Position numbers and translations under genes: made by a program. A DNA stretch of 61,555 nt, counting the filler, from an uncultured bacterium (GTDB lineage: Bacteria; Auribacterota; CAZIXI01): NCBI GenBank assembly GCA_964543115.1. It is 6 parts of 6 records of this genome, joined end to end, with 100 filler letters (N's around TTAATTAATTAA, not from the genome) between each part and the next. Parts side by side here need not be neighbours in the genome. Positions count along the whole stretch, not along the records: positions 41,279 to 51,397 come from CAZIXI010000121.1; positions 51,498 to 61,555 come from CAZIXI010000122.1; 4 more parts are not named here. The stretch is one strand, 5' to 3'. Under the pieces are notes generated by a model, which worked only from the letters and a program-made list of their open reading frames with translations, searched no databases and was not told the origin of the DNA. Positions 49,278 through 59,200 of this stretch are shown in pieces (within the stretch, counting starts at the first letter, position 1; every line of letters starts with the position of its first letter).

Positions 49278-49355
49278 ATTTTATATACTCCTAGTAATAT
49301 GGTTACAAATATTATCATAAACATATAGTTACTGTTAATTAATTTAATTAATTAT

Positions 49356-50292
49356 TTATACTCCTTCTTCTATTATTTGCCTGGACCACAAACAATCACT
49401 ATTTACAGCGGAGGGGACATTGCAATAAAGACCCAAATCCTCCGGATTCTGCCAGCGGGTTTCCATTAGCGGCTCCTCTGTTTTTTCCAGGACAACACCC
49501 GTAAGATCTGCTTCCTCATTATAGTACGTACCAACCAAGGTATTATATCCAACCTTCCGCCAGCGGCGCCCGTTCGGCGTCTGAAGAAAAGGCACACCAT
49601 CTTCTAACAAAAGCCTAGATTCCTGATGATACACCTGCACATCCAACTTGCTCCCTGGCGGCATAAAACTGGTAATGAACTCACCCAGCGCGTTAGCCAG
49701 TCCCTGACGTCTAAGGTTATCCGGCACCTGGTCAAAATACCTTTTCACTTGGGCATCAGTTTCTAATGGCAGGCGGGATCTATGGTAGGCAAACAATGTT
49801 CTCATCTGCGGCTTATATTGAGGATCATGTCCATAGAGGCTATACAAACCAATAATATCAATTAACGACATCCGGGGCTCTCTCATAATCTGGCGCAAAG
49901 ATCTAATTTCCCGTTCAATCCCCGGATAATCCATGGTAATGATCCATCTTATATGGAGCGTGCCATAATCATCTACGGAAATCCCACAGGCAAGAGCCGC
50001 CGCATAAGGTATCGCATCAACATCCTCGGGAACGCTTTCTATATAAATTAAGATTTCTCCATCGGCAATAAAATAATCTTCAACAACCAGACAATATTTC
50101 TGCTCAGGATTTTTCTTTGTGGAAAAGATAATCTCCCTGCCCTGGCGCTTTTTCAATTCTTCAATGATTGATACTGCACCCGGCGCACTACATTCCGATT
50201 CCGGCGCCAGACAGGAATCGCTTTGGGCAGACAAACCGGCAGACTGGCAAAAAAAAAGATAAAAAGATTATAGTCCACAAAAACCGTTTCAT
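49356..50292 (-). pseudogene. Hypothetical secreted protein whose signal peptide is out of frame because of a T9 tract
   Basis: ATG 50292 is 58 nt from the TTG of the long ORF; T8 instead of T9 (50249-50257) gives MKRFLWTIIFLSFFCQSAGLSA-QSDSCLAPES. Confidence 0.65.
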
Positions 50293-50295
50293 TCG

Positions 50296-50350
50296 CCCCC
50301 CGATTTCATCGGGGGACTGCCATTATCGGTATGGATATGGACCGCCCCCC
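50296..50350 (-). repeat. REP-like element family X, copy D
   Basis: Minus strand GGGGCGGTCCATATCCATACCGATAATGGCAGTCCCCCGAT-GAA-ATCGGGGG. Confidence 0.78.
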
Positions 50351-50362
50351 GCCTAAAGTTAC

Positions 50363-51397
50363 TTAAACACTCTCTGCCACTTCATCCTCCTGTTCCGCGA
50401 GTACCTGAACACGCTGCAGCAGTCCGCTTAAATCAATATGAATAACATAATTCTCAGTCAATTGAGCCTCAAAACCTTTTGCCGACAAAAATTCCTTGAG
50501 CGTTTGCAGAAAAGCCATATAGCCCTCACCAGTCAAAGCCGGCCCATTCATCGTATTTACCAAATACTGACTGCTATAATCAACATTCTCTCCCATAAAT
50601 GTGACAAATTCATTCATGATATCAGCAAACACCATACTTCCCCGCTGCAAAGTAGCTGGAAACATATCAAAAATAAACAAAGTTGATAAAGACGACAGCA
50701 GGCGATTAAAAGGAGTCAACCCTCTCCCTAACCCTACCAGATCCATCACCATTTTTTCCGGTTGTAATCTCGCTTGCTTTTTGCGGTAAACAACACCAAT
50801 ACTGATAGAGCCTTCCTGATCACTATTGGCCTCAACAAAAATCCCCCCTTCCGTCAGCGAACCGGCAATATCTGCTAACGCGCCCCTGATCGTGCTAAAA
50901 TCCATATTCTTCAAATAATTCCGCAAAACATTGGCGGCCAGAACCACCTGCGCCCCTTGCAATCTCCTTAAAGTGGCAAACGTCCCCTGCCGTAAAAAAA
51001 CATTTTGGCCTGCTTCTGCTAAAATCTCTTTTTTCACGTTATCAATACCAAATCTCTGAACAGCCAACTCATCTTCAGCCAAACTAGCTTTATCCTCCGG
51101 CCAGGAGGCAATTAGCTGCTTGAGCCTATCCCCCATCCTGTGCCGGAACCAACTAACCGGCTGACTATCACTACTCAAATAGGAGTTTTGCCTATCAATC
51201 GCAAAAAGCAAATTCCCCTGACGATCGCAATAAAAAGTACTATGTGATGGTTCATCCCAGCTGGTAACCGTACAATAGATATCATTAATCGGCAAAATAT
51301 CCAGCCCCAGGGAAACCAGGTCCGGATTATCCTCTTTTAAGGAAGCCACCAGTGACAAATGTTCCGTCGGCCGCAAAGAAACACCCACCTCCAAATA
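50363..51397 (-). CDS. C-terminal fragment with class I SAM-methyltransferase-like fold
   Basis: EVGVS, GLDI, VVLAANVLR, L..GG motifs; open to the gap. Confidence 0.5.
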   Translation of the reverse strand, partial: YLEVGVSLRPTEHLSLVASLKEDNPDLVSLGLDILPINDIYCTVTSWDEPSHSTFYCDRQGNLLFAIDRQNSYLSSDSQPVSWFRHRMGDRLKQLIASWPEDKASLAEDELAVQRFGIDNVKKEILAEAGQNVFLRQGTFATLRRLQGAQVVLAANVLRNYLKNMDFSTIRGALADIAGSLTEGGIFVEANSDQEGSISIGVVYRKKQARLQPEKMVMDLVGLGRGLTPFNRLLSSLSTLFIFDMFPATLQRGSMVFADIMNEFVTFMGENVDYSSQYLVNTMNGPALTGEGYMAFLQTLKEFLSAKGFEAQLTENYVIHIDLSGLLQRVQVLAEQEDEVAESV

Positions 51398-51497
51398 NNN
51401 NNNNNNNNNNNNNNNNNNNNNNNNNNNNNNNNNNNNNNNNNTTAATTAATTAANNNNNNNNNNNNNNNNNNNNNNNNNNNNNNNNNNNNNNNNNNNN
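51398..51497. other. Artificial scaffold linker
   Basis: N44-TTAATTAATTAA-N44. Confidence 0.98.
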
Positions 51498-51873
51498 TCT
51501 TGAGTTTTTCAATAGTAATTTTCACAATGTTGTTTACGTAACAGTAACAGCCTGGTCCGTCGGGCTTGCCCATGGTGATTAGGTCAAACTGTGTAGATTC
51601 AATGAGGGCATTATTCAGGGCATATTCGCAATAATCATATTTGGAAACAGCAGTTTTATGGAAATCGCTCTTTTTTTCCAGTAACTCACGGCGAATATTC
51701 CCGATAGTTGATTCTACATCTAAGGAAAGAAGGTCACCGAGGCAGTTGTTGGGGTCGGCATCAATGACTAAGACCGGAGCAATATTGTTTTCAACTAAAT
51801 ATTTTAGAAAAAGTGTTGTCAGCGTTGATTTGCCTGTGCCGCCTTTACCGATAAATCCAATTATTTTCGACAT
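51498..51873 (-). CDS. cooC: CooC/AcsF-family Ni-insertion ATPase, 3' truncated
   Basis: GKGGTGKST, IDADPN, LITMGKPDGPGCYCYVN. Confidence 0.9.
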
Positions 51874-52898
51874 TTTTTGTATAAATCTGAAACTTCTTTT
51901 AAGAGTTCAATTACCCTTTCCGCGGCCTTCTCTGATAAAGAACCTGTGCCGCAAGCAGGTGTAATTATAGTTTTATTGATTATATTATCTTCCGCAACAC
52001 CTGCAGCCGCTAAATTATTTTGCCGCAGGCGCAGTTTGTTTATTAAATTTTCCGGCGTTTCTGAGAATATTTTTTCTTCCGCAGTAGGGACAATGCCCCA
52101 AGCCAGATATTTGTCTTTGTTAAGGAATTTATTAGTTTTTTCCGAATAGAGGGCTATACTATCCCCATATTCATATGCGTCAAAATTGATAATATCGATA
52201 TTTGTATCCATCAAGATAGACCAATCGGTATTGCCGCAGCAATGGATGCCGGTAGTAACGCCTAGTTCGTGTAATTTATCGATTACCTCGTTTAACATCA
52301 TAATTACCTGTTCCCGGGAGATATTAACATAGGCAGAACCAAAAGATACAAGATAGGGCTCATCAATAAAAATAACTACTTTGTCGGCTATTTCTTTCAG
52401 GAATTTAGCTTGCCAGACAGCTTTACAGAGACAACTCTTCACTATCGCATCGGCCATCTGTTCATTATAGAAAATCAGGCGTTTATTCTCATCGGTTAGA
52501 GACAGGCCTAAACTCACAGGGCCCAATGTTTGTCCCTTTACCTGCGGCAATCTGCCTTTTTGGGCAACCTTTGTTTTAAAGTGGTATAGTCCCTGGGCAT
52601 AATCTTTACTGATGGCAAAATGATCATAATTTTCAGCAAGGAAATTTTCATAAACCGTTTGAATGGAGGAAAATATGTCACCTGAGGTATTAAAAAAGAT
52701 CTTTTCTTTTTCCGAGTCAATGATAATACAGGGAAGCCCTTCACTGTATTGGACATACATATTTTCCCGGAAGCCTGTCTTTGGCAATTGGGGCCAAGCG
52801 GGTAATCCCTTGAAATTATTAAGGATGAGGTCCACAATCTTATCTGGATCAGTATGTGGCCAGCTTCCGATAATCGTAAATGTACCTGGTTCTATCAT
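51861..52898 (-). CDS. Stand-alone catalytic-domain (core) cobalamin-independent methionine synthase-like protein
   Basis: IGSWPH, WPQLP, VKGQTLGP, IDEPYL, Zn-ligand-like GIHCCG and TPACG; 345 aa with no folate-binding half. Confidence 0.85.
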   Translation of the reverse strand: MIEPGTFTIIGSWPHTDPDKIVDLILNNFKGLPAWPQLPKTGFRENMYVQYSEGLPCIIIDSEKEKIFFNTSGDIFSSIQTVYENFLAENYDHFAISKDYAQGLYHFKTKVAQKGRLPQVKGQTLGPVSLGLSLTDENKRLIFYNEQMADAIVKSCLCKAVWQAKFLKEIADKVVIFIDEPYLVSFGSAYVNISREQVIMMLNEVIDKLHELGVTTGIHCCGNTDWSILMDTNIDIINFDAYEYGDSIALYSEKTNKFLNKDKYLAWGIVPTAEEKIFSETPENLINKLRLRQNNLAAAGVAEDNIINKTIITPACGTGSLSEKAAERVIELLKEVSDLYKKCRK

Positions 52899-53242
52899 AT
52901 AGTCTTAATCCCTTAATGCCTTTTCATTAAGCCAATAATTCTATCCTTTTTATACTTTATCTTCAACAATAAATATATATTAAAAATATATACTAACTTT
53001 ACACCAACCTGCATTTCCTGAGTATCCTGGATTTCCGGGATTACTGCCGGAGCCGGGATATTCGCGTCGAACAGACAGTGTTTGTTTCCGGGGACAAGCA
53101 GATTATGTTCCTTCCCAATTTTTTTGTCCAGGCCGGGATTTTTCTAATCTCCAAGTAATTGATAGGCTTCCTCATGGAGTAAATAATGGATAAATTGTAT
53201 AGTAGAATACAAGACCGACTATAACAATTATCGGGAATATGC

Positions 53243-53272
53243 TTGACAATGTTATATAATATGTTATATAAT
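53243..53272 (+). promoter_or_regulatory. Consensus sigma70 promoter TTGACA-N18-TATAAT
   Basis: Both hexamers perfect; the spacer/-10 is a tandem ATGTTATATAAT x2. Confidence 0.7.
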
Positions 53273-53285
53273 GATATTGATAATT

Positions 53286-54212
53286 ATGGATAATTATATA
53301 AAGAAAATTAGGCAAATATTGGCTAAAGCTAATTGGACGCAGAGCAGATTAGCACAGGAGATTGGTGTTACATTTGCTACTGTTAATAGGTGGCTTAAGG
53401 GCCATAGGAAACCGCATCCCGTACAAATAGGACAAATAAATAGACTATATAAAGAAATAGTCGGTATACTACCATTAGAAAGCAGCGCAATAAATAAAAT
53501 ATTAGGGGATGTTCTAAAAGAAAAAAAACGTTTCCCAACAATATAACAATTGTTACAAGAAAAAGCAATACAAGAAGAATTCCTGCTTGAACTTACATAT
53601 AATTCTGATGCGATTGAGGGCAGTACTTTATCTAAAAAAGAAACAGAAGCCGTTATTTTTGATAAAGCGACAATTAAAAATAAGAGTCTAATAGAACATT
53701 TGGAAGCGACTAACCACGCCGCTATTCTAAGAGATGTTTTTAATGATAAAATATCAGGTTCTGTCTCTGAAGAACTTATTAGGGATTTACATAAAATTCT
53801 TATGCAAGGCATAAGAAATGATGCTGGTGAATATTCAAAATATAATAGGGCCATACGCGGCGTTAATTTGGCTCTTCCTTCTCCATTAGATATCCCCGAA
53901 GAAATGAAATTGTTATGTAAGAACATTAACTCATATAAAAAGAATCCGCTAGAGCATATTGCCAAAACGCATGCAGGTTTTGAAGCCATTCATCCTTTTG
54001 GCGATGGGAACGGGCGTATAGGCAGGATTATAATGATTATCCAGCTTATTAGTTGTGGCTTTGCTCCCTGTGTTATTTCCGTAAATGAAAAAGCTAATTA
54101 TTATGAGTGCCTGGAATATGCGCAGAAAAATTCTGAAACTCATTTAGTTTATTTTTTAGCGGAATCGATACTGAAAGGATACCAAATAATCAACAAGCTT
54201 ACATCTCAATAG
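53286..54212 (+). pseudogene. XRE-HTH--Fic fusion interrupted by an in-frame TAA (53544-53546)
   Basis: HTH WTQSRLAQEIGVTFATVNRW; same frame resumes with SDAIEG and HPFGDGNGRIGR. Confidence 0.8.
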
Positions 54213-54242
54213 GAGGGAGCAAGTCCATCCTCTACAATTCTT

Positions 54243-54285
54243 GTATTTCCCGCGTATTTTCCGCGTATTTCCCCCGTATTTCCGG
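54243..54285. repeat. Four tandem 11-bp units GTATTT(C/T)C(C/G)(G/C)C
   Basis: gtatttcccgc gtattttccgc gtatttccccc gtatttccgg. Confidence 0.7.
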
Positions 54286-54393
54286 ATGATTTATGTGTTT
54301 AATAGCTAGACAATCAGCGTCATTGATTGTGCTGATTCTGCCGTATGATGTTAATTTGTAGACAGTTATATTGTGTGGTGGAAATTATCTTTG

Positions 54394-54410
54394 CTGGCAT
54401 GAAAATTGCA
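54394..54410 (+). promoter_or_regulatory. Putative sigma54 (-24/-12) promoter
   Basis: CTGGCATGAAAATTGCA matches TGGCAC-N5-TTGCW spacing, ~225 bp upstream of ATG 54634. Confidence 0.55.
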
Positions 54411-54633
54411 CATTTATCAAATGATAAAATTTTCCAATTAATATAAATGCAAATTAATTAATACAGGATAAGTCTATGTATTATTGTATGCCATTCTGTA
54501 ATAGTGTATTAACGTAACATTTTTTATGTATATGATTGTGTAAATGTATAAATAAAAATAATTAGTATGCTCATAAAGTATGCTTTGTAAATAGACAATG
54601 TACTATCTTTGTACATAAAAGGAATAAACATTA

Positions 54634-56211
54634 ATGAGTAAAATCTTAAATAAATTAAAAAAAATTGCCTCAATTGTCTTTTTCACTATTGCCTTCACCT
54701 GTTTCTTGGCAGGATTGTACGCGGAAACGGAAGTCAGTAATCAGTTCTTTAGTTGCGCGGGTGCCGCTCCTCGGACCTCCAGCGACTACAGTATTGCAGA
54801 TGTACTTTCTCCGGCAACCACGGTAATCGGCGCTAAAAATTCCGCTGATTATAATCTTTATGAAGGCGCATTTAAGTATTACCGGGAGATAATTCTCGGT
54901 TCTTCCCTCGTCTGGTATTTTGCCGAAGGGGCAACTGCCGGTTCGTTTGCTGAATGGATCCTTATTCAGAATCCCAATTCCGCCGCGGTAGAAGTAACTC
55001 CTGTCTTTTATTACAACAATCTGGCCAGTGAAACAGCCGATACAGTAACTGTTCCCGGTCAAAGCCGTTATACTATTTACGTTAATGATATTATTTCAGC
55101 CCATAATGCCGTTGCCGCCAAATTGACGGTCAGCGGCAGTAACAATATTTATCCCCAACGCACAATGTATTGGGACACAGGAAATTATGTATGGGCGGGT
55201 GGGCATGAGGGTATTGGGATCAGTCAAACGTCAACTACCTGGTATTTTGCCGAAGGATGTACCGCCGGTGATTTTAATGAATGGATTTCAATTGTTAATC
55301 CAGGCAGCAATGCCGCGGAAGTGACTTTGAGTATTATGACCGAAAGCGGTTTGGCCGGCACTCATACAGTAGATTGTGCGGCGGAAAGCAGAACTACGGT
55401 GCATATTAATGAGCTTATTATTGATGCCAATGTTGCCGTTAAACTGGAAAGCAGTGACGATGTGGGTATCGCCGCGGAACGGTCCTTGTACAGTGATTCA
55501 GACGGGCGCGAATGGATAGCTGGTCATAACAGTTCCGGGGCAACGGCCACCAGTACTAGCTGGTATTTCGCGGAGGGACGCACCAGTAGCGGCTTTGATG
55601 AATATATTCTGGTCTTAAATCCCAGCAGTACTGACATAGCGGAAGTACGGGCCTCATTTATCGGAGTTGACGGGACTACCGCTACCGCTACCGTTTCTAT
55701 TCCCGCCCAGAGCAGAAGAACCATTCACGTAAACGATATCGTTGTTGCCGGGGACCTGGCGGCAAAAATAGAAAGTACCAACGGAGCGGGTATTGTTGCC
55801 GAACGGGCAATGTATTGGGATGCCGGTGTGATTAATTGGGCCGGCGCGCATTGCACTCTAGGCGCGGCCAGTGCGGCAACTATCTGGTACTTCGCGGAGG
55901 GGCGCACCAGCGGGGAGTATGGTTTCCAGGACTGGTTGTTGCTCTACAATCCGGACGGCAGCTCCGCGGCGGAAGTTACCGTAACCTATATGCTGGATGA
56001 CGGTAGCACGGAAACACAATTGGTAACGGTTCCCGCGGGAACCAGAAGTACAATAAATATCAATAGTATCCTTGCCGATGCTGTTTTCTCTATTAAAGTT
56101 GAAAGCACCAACAATGTCGGTGTAGTCGCCGAACGGTCAAAATATTGGAGCAGCGGCGATGACTTGAATTGGTGCGGCGGCAGCAATACTAAGGGGATAA
56201 ATTCTCAATAA
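54634..56211 (+). CDS. Secreted protein with four WYFAEG (DUF5719-like) repeats
   Basis: Signal peptide; four WYFAEG...NP...ER.MYW units. Confidence 0.85.
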   Translation: MSKILNKLKKIASIVFFTIAFTCFLAGLYAETEVSNQFFSCAGAAPRTSSDYSIADVLSPATTVIGAKNSADYNLYEGAFKYYREIILGSSLVWYFAEGATAGSFAEWILIQNPNSAAVEVTPVFYYNNLASETADTVTVPGQSRYTIYVNDIISAHNAVAAKLTVSGSNNIYPQRTMYWDTGNYVWAGGHEGIGISQTSTTWYFAEGCTAGDFNEWISIVNPGSNAAEVTLSIMTESGLAGTHTVDCAAESRTTVHINELIIDANVAVKLESSDDVGIAAERSLYSDSDGREWIAGHNSSGATATSTSWYFAEGRTSSGFDEYILVLNPSSTDIAEVRASFIGVDGTTATATVSIPAQSRRTIHVNDIVVAGDLAAKIESTNGAGIVAERAMYWDAGVINWAGAHCTLGAASAATIWYFAEGRTSGEYGFQDWLLLYNPDGSSAAEVTVTYMLDDGSTETQLVTVPAGTRSTININSILADAVFSIKVESTNNVGVVAERSKYWSSGDDLNWCGGSNTKGINSQ

Positions 56212-56266
56212 TCAGGGTCAAAAAATTAATAAACAGTAATNNNNNNNNNNATAGGGGAGGAACAAG

Positions 56267-59200
56267 ATGAAATCTCTAAAACAATCCATCTTTCTTTTTG
56301 GTTGTGCGTTGCTGTTTTGTTTTTTGTTTTGGTACCAGCCCGGGGCGGCTGAAGATGTGCCGGCAAAAATGAATTACCAGGGTTTTGTGCAATCCGGCGG
56401 CAGCGCCTTTAGCGGTGAGGGAGGCTTTAAGTTTGCCATTGTGGACAGTGCGGGCGCAAGCAGTTACTGGTCCAATGACGGCAGTTCCACTGCCGGCGGT
56501 GAACCAACGGCGGCGGTAACGGTTACCGTCACTGACGGTGTATTTAGTGTGATTTTAGGAAATACAGAGCTTACCAATATGACCGCCCTGGATAAAACCA
56601 TTTTTAGTAACGGAGAAAGTCTTTATCTTCGTGTCTGGTTTGATGACGGTACGAGCGGGTTTCAGCAGTTAAGTCCGGACACTGAGCTAGCGGCAACCGC
56701 CTATGCCCTAAACAGTGATGCCTTTGATAATACGATTATGCCCACCCTGACCATGGATAGTGATAATACGGAAGGTGGCAGTAATATCCGGATTATTGCC
56801 AATCAGGGAAGTGATGAGAATGGCGAAATACGCTATAACGCCGCAACAAATCAATGGGAATTCTCCAATAACGGCGGCTCCTTTTCCGCCTTTTCCGGCG
56901 GCGGCTCAAGCGGTGTTACCGGTCCCGGAACCTCAACCGATAATGCCCTGGCGCGGTTTGACGGCAGCGGCGGCGCTACCCTGCAAAATAGCGGGGTGAC
57001 GGTGGATGACAGTAATAACCTTACCACAGCGGCCCAGGTACAGGCGGAACAGCTGGTATCCACGGATGACGCCGATATAACGGATAATCTTACTGCCGGT
57101 GATCTGACGATAGATGAAGCAGCCGGGGTGTTAGCATTTTCCGGTGCCACTTCGGCAAAGATCTTAACCACCAATGCCGGTTTAAATACGCTTACCCTGG
57201 GTGGCAGCGGCCAGACCAATAACGAAGATCTGACCCTGGATTTTGAGACAACGGCCAATAAAGTATTGGTGGCCAGCAGTACCGGGGTTACCTCCGTGGA
57301 TTATCAGACAGTCAATCTGGAAACCGATGCCCTGGACCTGTCTGGCGGGAATATCACTAGTGTGGGCAATATTGCCTTGAATGTTGTTTCTTCTGCGGCA
57401 AATGTTGCTGTTGCTCCCGGCGGCAATCTGAACATCCAGCCTGACGGTGATGCGGATGATTATACCTACTTTTCCACTGATTCCAATGCCGCCCAGTTGT
57501 TTTGGGAAGGCTATAGCGCGAATGATCCCGGCCTGCGGGTAAATACTACCAGCAATGAAATCGAGTACCGCGATGAAAACGAATCCGGCTGGACCAGTCT
57601 GGACACACTTGCCGGCGGTGATGTTTCTGCAGCCGCTAACCTGACGGATAACGCCATTGTCCGCGGTGACGGCGGGGCGAAAGGTGTACAGGCAAGCGGG
57701 GTCACCATAGATGACAGTGATAATATCTCTACCTCCGGTACTTTGGGCGCGGGCGCGGCAACGGTAACATCACTGAATAATTCCGAGGGGAATATAACCA
57801 ATGTTGGTGATATTGCCCTGGATAGTATAAGTGCGGATGCCAGTAATATAGCTGTTAAACCAAGCGGCGCGATAAATCTCCAGCCTTCGGGAGATACGGA
57901 TGATTATCTGACGGTAACGACAACGGGCAATGAACCAATTATCGGTACCTCCGGCAGCTGCGACTTGAATGTCACTTCCAGTGCCAATGTGGTTTTAGAT
58001 CTGGCTGCGACAAATAAGGTTTTCCTAGACGGGACAACCACGCGTACGGGCAGTACGGAACTGCTGGATATAGATGCCACGATAGATACCAGCACCGCCA
58101 CAACTGATGTGACAACAGTTACCTTAACCCCTGACCGGGCGGCGGCGGATACGGGCGGCACCAGGGGCGTATACGCGAATATCACCGGCTCCGGCAACAT
58201 GGCCAACGGTGAATGGCTCTACAATTACGGGGGTATCTATAATACCTCTGACTGTGCCACGGCAACCGCCAACGCCGCTATCTTTTACGCGGGCAGCTCT
58301 ACCGCAGATGCCCAGTGTAATGATTATGGTGTGTATGTGGAGAGCGGATATGATACGGCAGGTCTTTTCGGCGGCACCCTGCAAACAGGATTAAATGGTG
58401 CTGACGGTCAGTTAAATATCTATTCTGAACAGGGCGGAACAGATTATTCCGTTACCGTAAACCCGCATGCCGCGATGACGGAAAATGTGACCTATACCTT
58501 ACCGGCAGCGGATGCCACCAGTAACGGGCAGGTACTTGCCTGCACAACCGGCGGCGCGCTTAGTTGGAGTGATGCCGGTACCGGCGCGGGAGATGTAGAC
58601 GGTCCGGGATCAAGTACGGATAATGCCGTTGTCCGGTTTGATGGTACCGGTGGCAAGACCCTGCAGAACAGCGGAGTGACCATCGATGACAGTAATAATA
58701 TCTCTACTTCCGGCACACTGGGCGCCGGGGCGGCAACTGTTACGTCGCTGAACAATTCTGAAGGTAATATAACCAATGTCGGTGATATTGCCCTGGACAG
58801 TATCAGTGCGGATGCCAGTAATATCGCGGTAACACCCAGCGGCGCGATCAATCTGCAGCCCTCAGGTGATACGGATGATTATTTGATCGTAGCCACGGCC
58901 AGTAATGTGCCCACAATCAGCACCGCCGGCAGCAGTAATTTAAATATTACCGCCAGCGGAGGGACGATTAGTTTTAATGATGAAAACTTATCTACCTCCG
59001 GCACATTAGGTGCCGGAGCGGCAACAGTGACTTCGCTGAATAATTCCGAAGGTAATATAACCAATGTCGGTGATATTGCCCTGGACAGTATTTCAGAAGA
59101 CGATACGGGAATAAATGTAACTTTAGGGGCAGGTGCGGGCAATGATTTTATTGTTGATACAAACGTCCTGGTAGTGGAAGGGGATGATAACAGGGTAGGA

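Noticed and set aside
52990..53175. Possible degraded gene remnant on the minus strand
   Set aside because: Short open stretch with an internal stop and no family I can recognise.
53544..53546. Stop-codon reassignment (TAA read as sense)
   Set aside because: TAA terminates many intact genes here (e.g. folD, rnc, metF), so this is a single lesion.
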